Assembly: GCF_009914755.1 (NCBI RefSeq)
Contig: NC_060926.1
From: the human T2T-CHM13v2.0 reference genome, Homo sapiens
Strand: one strand, 5' to 3'
DNA: 64,000 bases
How positions within the stretch are numbered: the first letter of the stretch is position 1; each line of letters begins with the position of its first letter. Below the pieces are notes generated by a model, which worked only from the letters and a program-made list of their open reading frames with translations, searched no databases and was not told where the DNA came from. Shown in pieces: positions 30,501 through 43,769 of the stretch. A program made the position numbers and the translations under genes.

Positions 30501-31580
30501 AGGGTGCCTCGGGAAAGCGCCAGCTCATGTCATCACCCTCACTGAGCCCCAGGTATGGTTAACCATTGAGGGCCAGAAAATTGACTTCCTCCTGGACACT
30601 GGTGTGGCCTTCTCAGTGTTAACCTTCTGTCCCAGATGACTGTCCTCAAGGTCCGTTACCGTCCGAGAAATCCTGGGACAGCCTGTAACCAGGTATTTCT
30701 CCCACCTCCTCAGTTGTAATTGATAGACTTTGCTCTTTTCACATGCCTTTCTTGTTATGCCTGAAAGTCCCATACCCTTATTAGGGAGGGATATATTAGC
30801 CAAAGCTGGAGCTATTAGCTACACGAATATGGGGAACAAGTTACCCATTTGTTGCCCCTTACTTGAAAAGAAAATCAACCCTGAAGTCTGGGCAGTGGAA
30901 GGAACAAACTGAAGCTCCAGCTTTAAGCCTTCCCACAGGACAAAACTTCTCTTTATATGTCAGAGAGAGAGCACGGATAGCTCTTGGAGTCCTTACTCAG
31001 ACTCGTGGGACAACCCCACAACCAGTGGCATACCTAAGTAAGGAAATTGATGTAGTAGCAAAAGGTTGACCTCACTGTTTACAGGTAGTTGCAGCGGTGG
31101 CTGTCTTAGTGTCAGAGGCTATCAAAATAATACAAGGAAAGGATCTCACTGTCTGGACAACTCATGATGTAAATGGCTTACTAGGTGCTAAAAAAAGTTT
31201 ATGGCTATCGGACAACCGCCTACTTAGATAACAGGCGCTACTCCTTGAGGGACTGGTGCTTCAAATACATAAGTTCGTGGCCCTCAACCCTGCCACTTTT
31301 CTCCCAGAGGATGAGGAACCAATCGAGCATGACTGCCAACAAATTATAGTCCAGACTTATGCCGCCCGAGATGATCTCTTGGAGGTCCCCTTGGCTAATC
31401 CTGACCTTAACCTATATGTTGATGGAGGTTCGTTTGTGGAGAGTGGGATGCAAAGGGCAGGTTATACCATAGTTAGTGATGTAACTGTACTTGAAAGTAA
31501 GCCTCTTCCCCGAGGGACCAGCGCCCAGTTAGCAGAACTAGTGGCACTTACCTGAGCCTTAGAACTGGGAAAGGGAAAGA
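30500..31580 (+). pseudogene. HERV9 pro and pol remnants (RT core missing, connection/RNase H start present)
   Basis: Protease FLLDTGVAFSVL and PLLGRDIL. Jump near 30905 into APALSLPTGQNFSLYV and PVAYLSKEID. RNase H LYVDGGSFV...SAQLAELVAL. Confidence 0.9.
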
Positions 31581-31910
31581 CCAGCAGAAAGGAAAGAGAG
31601 AAAGAGACAGAGAGGGGTAGGGAGAGACAATGAGGGAGTCAGAAAGAAAGAGACAAAGTCAAAGAAGGAAAGAGAGAAAGAGACAGAGAGAGGAAGAGAC
31701 AGAGAGACAGAGAGAGAGGGAGAGGAAGTGACAGAGAGACAGAGAGAGAGAAAGATAGGAAGTCAAAGAGAAGGAGACAGAAAGTCAGAGAGAGAGAGGA
31801 AGGAACAGAAGAAAGTCAGAGAGAGAGAGGAAGAGACAGACAAAGAGGGAGTCAGAAAGAGAGACGAAGATGTCAAAGAGAAAGAGAGATGGAAGTAGTA
31901 AAGAAAAAAC
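31580..31910 (+). repeat. GA-rich low-complexity polypurine tract within the provirus
   Basis: About 330 bp of (GA)n/GAGAC/GAAAG repeats. Confidence 0.95.
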
Positions 31911-32559
31911 AGTGTACCCTATTCCTTTAAAAGCCAGGTAAATTTAAAACCTCTAATTGATAATTGAAGGTCTTCTCTGTAACCCTGTAACAACACTCCA
32001 ATACCACCTTGTTGTCAGTGTGAACAAGGGTGTAGCCTGAAAGCACTGAGGCCACTGACAACCCATAGCCTTCCTATCAAAAATCCTTAACCTAACAGGT
32101 TTCCTAACAGGGGATCTAAATCTTAATTAATTACCATACAAAGTTCTGACCAAATCTGGGCAGAACTCCCTTCAGGACAGGACAATAGATGGTTCCTCCC
32201 AGGCGATTAAGGGAAAAAGACACAATGGGTATTCAGTAAGTGATAAGGAAACTCTTGTAGAAGCAGACTTAGGAAAATTGCCTAATAATTGATCTGCTCA
32301 AACCTGCGAGTTGTTTGCACTCAGCCAAATCTTAAAGTACTTACAGAATCAGGAAGGAGCCATCTATACCAATTCTAAGTTAATATGGACTGAACGAGGT
32401 TTTATTAATATCAAAGAAAAATTAAAATCCCAAACTTAAAAGGTTTTCAACTAAAGTTTGCTAAAACTTAACAGTGTAACATGCATTATCCTATTACCAC
32501 ACACTCTCAAAGGATTTCTCAGACAGTTTGCAAGAAATAACTAAATCTATCCTTACTCT

Positions 32560-32955
32560 ACAATCCCAAATAGACTCTGGCAGCAGTGACTCTCCAAAAC
32601 CCCCGAGGCCTAGACTTCCTCACTGCTGAGAAAGGAGGACTTTGCACATTCTTAGGGGAAGAACGTTGCTTTTACACTAACCAGTCAGGGACAGTATGAG
32701 ATATCGCCCGGCATTTACAGGAAAAGGCTTCTGAAATCAGATGCCTTTCAAACTCGTAAACCAACCTCTGGAGTTGGGCAACATGTCTTCTCCCCTTTCT
32801 AGGTCCCAAGACAGCCATCTTATTATTACTTGCCTTCGGGGCCCTGTATTTTTAACCTCCTTGTCAAATTTGTTTCCTCTAGAATCGAGGCCATCAAGCT
32901 ACAGATGGTCTTACAAATGGAACCCCAAATGAGTTCGACTAACAACTTCTACTGA
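32560..32955 (+). pseudogene. HERV9 env TM 3' remnant
   Basis: [33 protein letters not shown] (ISD and degenerate CX6CC), membrane anchor, then LVKFVSSRIEAIKLQMVLQMEP. Confidence 0.9.
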
Positions 32956-33123
32956 GGACCCCTGGACCAACCCGCTGGCCCTTCCACTGGCCTAAAGAGT
33001 TCCCCTCTGAAGGACACTACAACTGCAGGGTCCCTTCTTCGCCCCTATCCGGCAGGAAATAGCTAGAGCAGTCATCGGCCAAATTCCCAACAGCAATTGG
33101 GGTGTCCTGTTTAGAGAGGGGAT

Positions 33124-33759
33124 TGAGAGGTGAAGCCAGCTGGGCTTCTGGGTTGGTTGGGGACTTGGAGAACTTTTCTGTCTAGCTAAAGGATTGTAAA
33201 TGCACCAACCAGCACTCTGTGTCTAGCTAAAGGTTTGTAAACACCCCAATAAGCACTCCGTCAAAACGGACCCGTCAGCTCTCTGTAAAATGGACCAATC
33301 AGCACTCTGTAAAATGGACCAATCAGCAGGATGTGGGTGGGCCCAGATAAGGGAATAAAAGCAGGCCACCCGAGCCAGCAGTGGCAACCTGCTCGGGTCC
33401 CCTTCCACACTGTGGAAGCTTTGTTCTTTCGCTCTTCACAATAAATCTTGCAGCTGCTCACTCTTTGGGTCCGCGCTGCCTTTATGAGCTGTTAACACTT
33501 ACTGCGAAGGTCTGCAGCTTCACTCCTGAAGTCCGCGAGACCACAAATCCACCGGGAGGAACAAACAACTCTGGACGTGCCGCCTTTAAGAGCTGTAACA
33601 CTCACTGTGAAGGTCTGTGGCTTAACTCCTGAAGTCAGCAAGACCATGAAGGAACAAATTCTGGACACACCATCTTTAAGAACTGTAACACTCACTGCGA
33701 GCGTCCGCGGCTTCATTCTTGAAGTCAGTGAGACCAAGAACCCACCAATTCCAGACACA
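33124..33759 (+). promoter_or_regulatory. 3' LTR12-family LTR (636 bp)
   Basis: Same termini as the 5' LTR; preceded by PPT and followed by TSD TTAC. Confidence 0.93.
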
Positions 33760-33832
33760 TTACCACACTCAATGCCATAAACATATCTATCACTTCCAAA
33801 AATTTCCTCTTATTCTGTTTTCTAATTTTTAC

Positions 33833-34114
33833 TTTTTCTTTTTGACACAGGGTCTCACTCTGTCACCCAGGCTGAAGTACAGCAGTCATGGCTCACTGCA
33901 GCCTGAAACTCCTGGGCTCAGGTGATTCTCCCACCTCAGCCTCCTGAGTAGGCTGGGGCTACAGGTACACACCACTGTGCCTGGCCAATTTTTTGTATCT
34001 TTTGTAGAGATGGGGTTTTGTCATGTTGCCAGGCTGGTCTCGAACTCCTGGGTCAAGCCATCTGCTGGCCTTGGCCTCCCAAAGTGCTACAGGCGTGAGC
34101 CACCATGCCTGGCC
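33833..34114 (-). mobile_element. AluJ
   Basis: Dimeric Alu, reverse complement. Confidence 0.88.
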
Positions 34115-34799
34115 CTCTTAATTTGTTTACTTTCATGATAAGAACACTTAAGATGTACCCTATTAGCAAATTTTTAAGTATGTAGTACAGTATTTGTTAA
34201 TGATAGGTATTACACTGTACGTTAGATCTCTAGGTCTTACTCATCTTGCATATCTGAAACTTTGTGCTCTTTGACTAACACATGTTGTTCCCCCTCCCAC
34301 TGGCCCGGGCAATAACTATTCTATTCCATGTTTCTATGAGTCTGACTTTAGATTTCTCATATGAGTGGAATAAGTCATATTTGTCCTCTGTTCCTGGCTT
34401 ATTTTACTCAGCAAAATGTGCTCCGGGTTCATCCATGTTATAATTTCCTTTATTTTATAAGGCAAAATGATACTCTATTTATGTACATACCGCACTTTTT
34501 TTTTGCAAGTACATTGCTTTTATTGATTATACTGCAATATAAGTGAAAGATACAGATGATATTAATAGAACTTTGTAAGTATTTGAATTCTATTTAATTC
34601 TGCTAAGAATTAGAGATTGACTAATCCTCACAGAACTTCCTAATTTGCCTTGTAGATGAAGTTGGTAGTCTGAATTTTATTATTCTGGTTTTGTATATCA
34701 ATGTTTCTCAATTTTTTTCATTATTACCCTTCCCCCAAAGGTCTTTTCATTTAAAAAAATTTTAAATGTGAAATATCCAAATTTTTCAGGGCTGACTGA

Positions 34800-35850
34800 A
34801 TTTTTTTTGTACCCTTTGCCTAACATCTCTTCTTTTCCAGAATGCCTCATTTCCCTAACTTTCTGGTAACCACCATCCTATTCTGTATTACTATGAGTGC
34901 AACTTTTTTTTGATTACACATGTAAGTGAGATAATGGAGTCTTTTTGTGTCTGGCTTACTCACTTAGCATAATGTCCTCTAGGTTCATTCACATTGTTGT
35001 AAGTAACAGGATTTCCTTCTTTTTAAAGGCTGAATAATATTCCATTATATAGATATGTATCTCATTTCTTTATCCATTCAACTTTTGAGGGAAAATTAGG
35101 TTGTTTCCGTATCTCAACTGTTGTGAATAATGCTGCAATGAGCATGAGTATAGATGTCTCTTCAAGATACTGATTTCATTTCCTTTTGACATATACCTAG
35201 AAGTAGGATTTCTGGACCATATGATAGTTTTGTTTTTAATATTTTGAGAAACCTTTATACTGTTTTCCACAGGGCCTATACCAGCTTACATTCCCCCCAA
35301 GTGGTATCCTTTTATGCACATTCTTGCCAGCCACTTGTTACCTTTTGACTTTTTGGTTAGTAGGTATCGTAACAGATGTAAGGTGTTATCTCTTTGTGCT
35401 TTGATTTTCATTTTCCTGATAATTAGTAATGTCAAGCATCTTTCCATATACCTGTTGGACATTTGTGTATCTTCTTTGGAAAGATGTTTATTCAGTTCCC
35501 TTGCCCAGTTTAAAATTTGGTTGTTTATTTGCTATGGAGTTGTATGAGTTCCTTACATATTTTAGATATTGACTCCCTTCCCAGCTATATGGTTTGCAAA
35601 TATTTTCTCTCATTCAGTTGGTTGCCTTTCATTTTGCTGATTTTTTTTTTCTTTGCAGTACAGAAACTTTTTAGTTTCATGTAGTTTCATTTCTTTATTT
35701 TTCCTGTTGTTGCCTATGATTCTGATATCAAATCTAAAAACTCATTGCCAAAACCAATGGCAAGAAATTTTACCTCTTTGTTTACTTCTAGCAGTTTTAG
35801 TTTCACAGTTTTATGTTTAAGTCTTTAATCCATTTTAAGTTAACTTGCTT
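34800..35850 (-). mobile_element. L1MA-like 3' ORF2/3'UTR fragment
   Basis: cttagcataatgtcctctaggttcattcac...ggctgaataatattccatt...tttgcaaatattttctc...gtttaagtctttaatccatttt. Confidence 0.8.
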
Positions 35851-35961
35851 GTATGGTATAAGAGAAGCATCCCTCTTAGAACTGTTTTGCTGCATCTAGT
35901 TATGTTTTGGTATATTGTGTGTTTCATCCTTAGGATGCATATGTTCACTGTTCCCCAAGGC

Positions 35962-36248
35962 TTTTTTTTTTTTTTTTTTTTGAGACGGGGTCTTGCTCTG
36001 TCACCCAGGTGGGAATGCAGAGGTACTATCATGGCTCACTGCAGCCTTGACCTCCCAGGTTCAAGGATCCTCCCACCTCAGTCTCCCAAGTAGCCAGGAC
36101 TACAGATGTGCACACCCAGCTAGTTTTCGTATTTTTAGTAGAGGCAGGGTTTTGCTCTGTTGTCCAAGCTGATCTTCAGCTCAAGAAATTCACCCATCTT
36201 GGCCTCCCACAGTGTTGGGATTACAGGCATAAGCCATCATGCCTAATT
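35962..36248 (-). mobile_element. AluJ
   Basis: Dimeric Alu with long poly-T. Confidence 0.88.
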
Positions 36249-37861
36249 TTTTTAAAGCCATCGGCCATATTTTTTTAAAGCCAGATTTGACACCATGTAG
36301 AACAGCTTGGAAAGATATAAAATCCTTGGCCCATCCCCTTTTTCCTTGAGTATTTTGTAGTCACTGCACCAGTGTTCTTTTGTTGGTATGAAATCTGATG
36401 TTAACTTGATTATTTTTACCCTTTCAAAATGATTTAATGTTTTGGCCTGGAGACTGGGAGGATATATTATCTTTAAAGTCTGTTTTACTAAGCTATTTCA
36501 TGGAACAGTCTGACTGTTTGGGTTAATTTTCCAGGTACATTGTGAGTCCTTTCAGTACGTACATTCAAGTCATCTATTTCAGGAAAGATATCTCGAATGT
36601 TTTAATCACCTATTGAGATATGATTCATTTATAATAAAATTCACCACTTTAAACAGTGCAAGGGGTTTAGATGAATGTATAGTTATGTTACAATAACTAC
36701 AATCAAGATAAGTATTTTTTAGATCATCTCAAAAAAGTTTCCATGTGCTATTTTGCAGCAAATGCCCTTAGTCCACCCACCTTCAGGCTTTGAAAAACAA
36801 TTTATCCACCTTGTTTCTGTCACTATACTTTTGCTTTTTTTCCTAGCATGTCATATGTTTGATATCAAACAGAATATAGTCTAAAATGTATCAGGCTTTG
36901 CTTTTCCTTTTCAATAATATCATAAATGGAATAGTGCAGAATGTATTGTTTTTACCTTTCTTTTCATAAATCTTTAGAGATTCATCCATTTTTTTCAGGT
37001 AGCTAGCTTTTAAAAAAAAATTGAGTAGCATTAATCAACAGTTTGTTTATACATTTACCAACTGGTGGTCATTTGAGATGTTCCCATTTGGGCCTGTTAT
37101 GAATAATGGTGCTTTAAGTATTCATGTATAAGTTCTTGTGTGGAGATGTATTTTCAGTTCTCTTGGGGGGAGATACATATATATATGTGTGTGTGTGTAT
37201 ATATATATGTATATATATATTTTTATGTATATGTTCCAACCATTCTAATAATATTCTAATAATTCTAATCATATGATTAGAATGGTTAGAATGTATAAAT
37301 ATAAATATATATCTCCCCCCTAACAGAAATACATATATATGTATGATTAGAATGGTTAGAATTATTGGGTAATATGGTAAATGTATTCTTAAAAGGAACT
37401 GCTGAACAATGCTCCAGTATGGTTATAACATCTTATATATCCAAGAGCAACACAGAAAATTTCCAGTATATCCACATCCTCCCCAGCACTTGGTATTGTC
37501 TTTTAAATTTTATCCTTCTAATGGTTCCTACTGTAGTGGCTTCTTATTATATGTAAAACTTATATTTCTCTGATGACTAATGATGTTGAACATTGTTCAT
37601 GTGCTACCTAGACATCCATATTTTTTCTTTGGTAATGTGTCTCTTCAAATCTTCTGTCCATTTTTTATTGCGTTATCTTACTGTTAAGTTGTAAGAATTC
37701 TTTATATATGCTGGATACAATACTCTAATCAGATACTGTTTTATCAGATACATATATTGAGAATATTCTCAGTTTGTGGCTTCCATTTTCATTTTCTTAA
37801 TGGTGTCTTTTGAAGAGCAGAAGCTTCCAATTTTAATGAAGATCTGTCTTTTTTATTCTTT

Positions 37862-38000
37862 ATTTTTTCCTTATTTGATTTTGTAGAGACAGGGTCTCAC
37901 TGTGCTGCCCAGACTGATCTGGAACTCCTGGCCTCAGGTGATCCTCCCACCTTAGCTTCCCAAAGCACTTGAGATTACAGGTACAACCACACTCGACCTA
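37862..38000 (-). mobile_element. FLAM-type Alu monomer
   Basis: tagagacagggtctcactgtgctgcccagactgatctggaactcctggcctc...gattacaggt. Confidence 0.8.
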
Positions 38001-38216
38001 TTTTTTCCATGTTATATCTAAGAAATCTTTATATCAAAATCATTAATGTTAATCTTCTATCCACTTTTCCTGAAGGTCTACAGTTTCACCTCTTATATTT
38101 AGGCTTTACCCATTTCAAGTACATTTTATATTGGTATGAGAACACGATTTTTTATTTTTTTGGCCCACACAGATATCCGATTGTTTTAGCACCATTTATT
38201 GAAAAGATTACTCATT

Positions 38217-38975
38217 TGATGACTAAGCTCTGATTTTTTTTATCTTGCCCAAATTCCTGTATAAGGGGTCTGGGGACTCATGCCCTACAAACCAAAAATT
38301 CTCATCAGATGGGTTTTATTAAACCCTGTATATCATGACTTACTTTCCAATCTGACTCTGTCATAACAAGGAAGAAAATCAAAATGTTTTACCCCAAAAT
38401 ATATTTCCTTGTCATACCTTGAAATTGTCATGCAAAGTCTCTTGTGGGAAAAATTCACATTCTGTAGAGAATCCCCTTTCCCTTTTCCCCTTTGTTTTCC
38501 TTCCTTCCTTTGCAGATCCAGGAGATAATCAACTAAGAGCTAGGAACACGTTTAAGTCCACTAAGAAACATTTTACAACCTGTTCTCTCTGAAGTCCGCT
38601 ATCTGAGAGCTTCCGCTACACAATAAAACTTGGTCACCACAATCCTTTATCTTAACCTGAACATTTCCTTTCTGTTGATCCCATGTCTTCAGATACACTC
38701 AACCAATTGTCAACTAGAAAATGTTTAAATTTACCTATAGCCCGGAAGCCCCTGCTTTGAGTTGTCCTGCCTTTCTGAACCAAACCAATGTATTTCTTAA
38801 ATGTATTTAAGTCTCATGCCTCCCTAAAATATATAAAACCAAGCTGCACTCTGACCACTTTGGGCACATGCCCTCAGGACCTCCGGAGGGCTGTGTCATG
38901 GGCCATGTTCACTCATATTTGGCTCAGAATAAATCTCTTAAAATATTTTACAGAGTTTGACTCTTTTCAACAACA
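38217..38975 (+). mobile_element. MER4-family solo LTR (MER4B/E-like)
   Basis: TG...CA termini, TSD CATT (38213-38216 / 38976-38979) and the MER4-type end cagaataaatctcttaaaatattttacagagtttgactc. Confidence 0.85.
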
Positions 38976-39324
38976 CATTCCACATAGAATTATCTTGACA
39001 AGTTAATAAAAACCCACTTGTAATAAGTTTTGAAATCAGGAAGGGGAAATATACAAACTTTGTTCTTTTTCAAGATTGTTGGGGGCACTTTGTAGTTTCA
39101 TATGAATTCATAGATTGGCTTTCCCTATTTTTGAGAAAACAAAAAACACATCCATTGGAATTCTGGGAGGGGTACCATCAAATTTGTACATTACTTTGTT
39201 TACAATTGCCGGCTTAACAATACCAAGTCTTTTAATCCATGAACATGGGGTGTCTTTACATTTATTTAAGTCTTAATTTCTTTCAGGAAGGTATTATAGC
39301 TTTCAGTGTTTATTTCTTTCACCT

Positions 39325-39784
39325 TGTGAACCCTGAATATCTAACTGAGACAGGTCTCAGTTAATTTAGAAAGTTTATTCTGCCAAAGTTGAGGATGCGT
39401 GCCTGTGACACAGCATCAGAAGGTTCTGATATGTGCCCAAGGTGGTCAGAGCACAGTTTGGTTTCATACATTTTAGGGAGACATGTGACATCAATCAACA
39501 TATGTGAGATGAACATTGGTTCGGTCCAGAAAGGCAGGACAACTTGAAGCAAAGGTGGGACAACTGGAGATGGGGAGGGGACATTCAGGTCATAAGTAGA
39601 CAAGAGACAAATGGTTGCATTCTTTAGAACTTGATTAGCCTCTCCAAAGGAGGCAATCAGATATGCATTTATCTTAGTGAGTAGAGTGAGTAGTAGGAGG
39701 CTGGTTTGCCCTAAGCAGTTCCCAGCTTGACTTTTCCCTTTAGCTTAGTGAGTTTGGGGCCCCAAGATTTATTTTCCTTTCACA
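39325..39784 (-). mobile_element. MER4A1-like solo LTR
   Basis: Minus strand starts TGTGAAAGGAAAATAAATCTTGGGGCCCC. AATAAA on the minus strand at 39374-39379. TSD ACCT/ATCT. Confidence 0.88.
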
Positions 39785-39810
39785 ATCTCCTTGGTTATAG
39801 TTATTGCTAG

Positions 39811-40474
39811 TGTGAAATGAAAGTAAATCTTAGGACCCAAACTCACTAAGCCAAAGGGAAAAGTCAAGTTGGAAACTGAGTCACACGAACCTGCCTCCAA
39901 TTTTATTCCTAAATAGGACAGATAACAAAGATTTTTAAAAGCTATAAACCTCCTTCACAATTTGCCCACGAGGAAATTTCTTGTGGGCCCCAAGATCTTT
40001 ACCCTAAAACAGTTCTGTTGACTTTTACCCTGACAATGTAAATTGATAGCTTATCTTCACAGGTAAGGGACAAAGGACATAACTCAAAGTCATCCCTCTG
40101 CCCACCTGAGTGAGACAAATGCATATCTGATTGCTTCCTCTGCTCTATGTTTATCTTATTTAAAAAATGCAGATTTAATGAGCTAGATGCGTAAGTGACT
40201 ATTCTTCTACCCCTTTCACATGTATATGGGTAATCAAAGACTCAAAAGAATGCAACCCCTTGCCTCTTATCTACCCATGCCCTTTTAAAATTTCTTCCTC
40301 TTTCACCAATACTTGCCCTTTTCCCTTAAAATACTGAAGTCCCCAGACCCTCTTTGGAAAAAGCATGGACCACAATTTTTCCTGTGAATCTGTATTCTTT
40401 CCTGGGCATGTCCTTACCTGTGGCAAATAAACCTCCTAAAATGATTGAGACTCTCCTTGCTCATTTGATTTACA
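39811..40474 (+). mobile_element. MER4A-like solo LTR
   Basis: Starts TGTGAAATGAAAGTAAATCTTAGGACCC and ends ...GATTTACA. TSD CTAG (39807-39810 / 40475-40478). Confidence 0.85.
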
Positions 40475-40516
40475 CTAGGTAATTTATTCTTTTGGATGCT
40501 ATTGTAAATAGAATGA

Positions 40517-40683
<167 letters not shown>

Positions 40684-40796
40684 GATTTCTTAATTTCCTT
40701 CTTAAACTGTTCATTGCTGGTGTAGAAAAATGCTACTGTTTTTGTGTGTTGATCCTGTATCCTGCAACCTTGCTGAATTCATTTATTAGGTCTAAT

Positions 40797-41347
40797 TGTC
40801 AGAGGCACGTGAACCGGAGCAACTCCATCTTAAATAGGAACTGGGTAAAAATGAGGCTGAAACCTACTGGGCTGCAACCCAGCAAGTTAAGGCATTCTAA
40901 GTCACAGGATGAGATAGGAGATTAGCACAAAATACAGGTCATAAAGACCTTGCTGATAAAACAGGTTGCAGTAAAGGAGTCAGACAAAACCTGCCAAAAC
41001 CAAAATGGCAACGAGAGCGACCTCTGGTCATCCTCATTGCTACACTCCCACCAGCGCCATGACAGTTTACAAATGCCATGACAACATCAGGAAGTTACCC
41101 TATATGGTCTAAAAAGAGGAGGCATGAATAATCCACCCCTTGTTTAGCATTTCATCAAGAAATAACCATAAAAATGGGCAACCAGCAGCACTCAAGGCTG
41201 CTCTATAGAGTAGCCATTCTTTTATTCCTTTACTTTTTTAAATAAACTTGCTTTTACTTTGCACTGCAGACTCACCCTGAATTCTTTCTTGCACAAGATC
41301 CAAGAACCCTCTCTTGGGGTCTGGATCAGGACCCCTTTCCTGTAACA
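40797..41347 (+). mobile_element. MER41A-like solo LTR (551 bp)
   Basis: TGTCAGAGGCACGTGAACCGGAGCAACTCCATCTT...GGACCCCTTTCCTGTAACA. TSD TAAT (40793-40796 / 41348-41351). Confidence 0.92.
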
Positions 41348-41848
41348 TAATGGTTTTTATGTGGACTCTCTGGAATTTTCAAAATAGAATCATGTCATTT
41401 GCAAATATAGTTTTTCTACTCTTTTTCCAATTTAGGTGCTATTTCTTTCTTTTACCTAATTGCTCTGACTAGCAGTTCTAGAACAATATTGACTAGTAGT
41501 GGTGAAAGCGAACATCCTTATTTTGTTCCCAATCTTAGGCGGAAACCACTCAGCCATTGAATATAAGGTTAGCTGTGGGTTTTCCATAAATGGCCTTTAT
41601 CATGTTGAGGAAGTTCACCTCTATTCTTAGTTTTCTGAGTGTTTTTAACATGAATGGGTATTGAATGTGGTCACTTTTCCTGCATCAATTAAGATTATTG
41701 TATGGCTTTCCTCGTTGCTTCCACTCATGATTGACAGATTTTCTTATGTTGAAATGCCCTTGTATTCCTGTGATAAATCTACCCATTAGGTTGATTTCAG
41801 ATCTCTCCTCTTTTTTTAATTTAATTTTTAGGTAAAATATACATATAA

Positions 41849-42289
<441 letters not shown>

Positions 42290-43360
42290 CATGAGAGTCA
42301 CTTTTTAAGATTCCACTTATGAGTGAGAACATGCAGTATTTGTCTTTCTGTGCTTGGCTTATTTCACTTAACATAATGACCTCCATTTCCATCCACGTCG
42401 TAGCAAGTGACATGATTTCATTTTTTGATGGCTGAATAATATTCCATTGTGTATATATACCACATTTTCTTTATCCATCCATCCATTAATGGGCACTTAG
42501 GTTGCTTCCATATTTTGGCTATTGTGAATAGTTCTGTAATAAACATGGGCGGGCAAAAATCTGTTGGATATAGTGATTTCATTTCTTTTGGATATATATG
42601 CAGTAGTATATATTTAAAGCAGTAGTAAAATGGCTGAATTATATAGTAGTTCTGGTTTTAGTTTTTCGAGGAACCTCCATTCTGTTCTTCATAGTGGCTA
42701 TACTAATTTACATTCTCACCAACGGTGTATAAGAATTCCCCTTTATCCACAATCTCACCAGCATCTGTTATTGTCTTTTGGATACAAGTCGTTTTAACTG
42801 GGATAAGATGATAGGTAATTGTGGTTTTGATTTGCATTTCTCTGATTAGTGATGTTGAACAGTTCTTCCACATATATGTTGGCCATTAGTATGTCTTCTT
42901 CTGAAAAATGTCTATTCAGATCTTTTGCCCATTTAAAAAAAATAGGATTTTTTTTGCTATTAAGTTATTTGAGCTCCTTATATATTCTGATTATTAATCT
43001 CTTGTCAAATGAATAATTTGCAAATATTTTCTCCCATTCTGTGGACTGGCTCTTCACTTTGTTGATCATCTCTTTTGCTATGCAGAAACTTTTTTGCTTG
43101 AGGTAATCTCATTTGTCTATTTTTGTTTTGGTTACCTGTGCTTTTGAGGTCTTACACAAAATGTCTTCTCAAAAACCAGTATCCCAGAGCCTTTCCCTAA
43201 TGATACCTTCTAGTAGTTTTATACTTTCAGGTCTTGGGTTTAAGTATTTAATCCATTTTAATTTAATTTTTGTGTATGGTGAGAGATGGGGTCTACCTTC
43301 ATTGTTCTTCAAAGAGTAATCCAGTCTTCCCAGCATCATTCATTGAAAAGACTCTCCTAG

Positions 43361-43769
<409 letters not shown>

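Larger units (their letters stand above)
27084..33759 (+). mobile_element. HERV9 (ERV9) provirus with two LTR12-family LTRs, internally deleted
   Basis: Paired LTRs, 4-bp TSD TTAC (27080-27083 and 33760-33763), PBS, gag, pro, partial pol, env TM and PPT AGAGAGGGGAT before the 3' LTR. Confidence 0.96.
26985..34500 (-). mobile_element. L1M(A/B) 3' end split by the HERV9 provirus and an AluJ
   Basis: aaagctgtacatatttaatgtatacaac...ctattac|provirus|ttaccacactcaatgccataaacatatctatcacttcc is a continuous reverse-strand L1 3'UTR. Confidence 0.75.

Noticed and set aside
40797-41347. Interferon-inducible STAT1 enhancer of MER41B type
   Set aside because: Length and sequence fit MER41A, and I do not see the tandem TTCCGGGAA-type GAS motifs.
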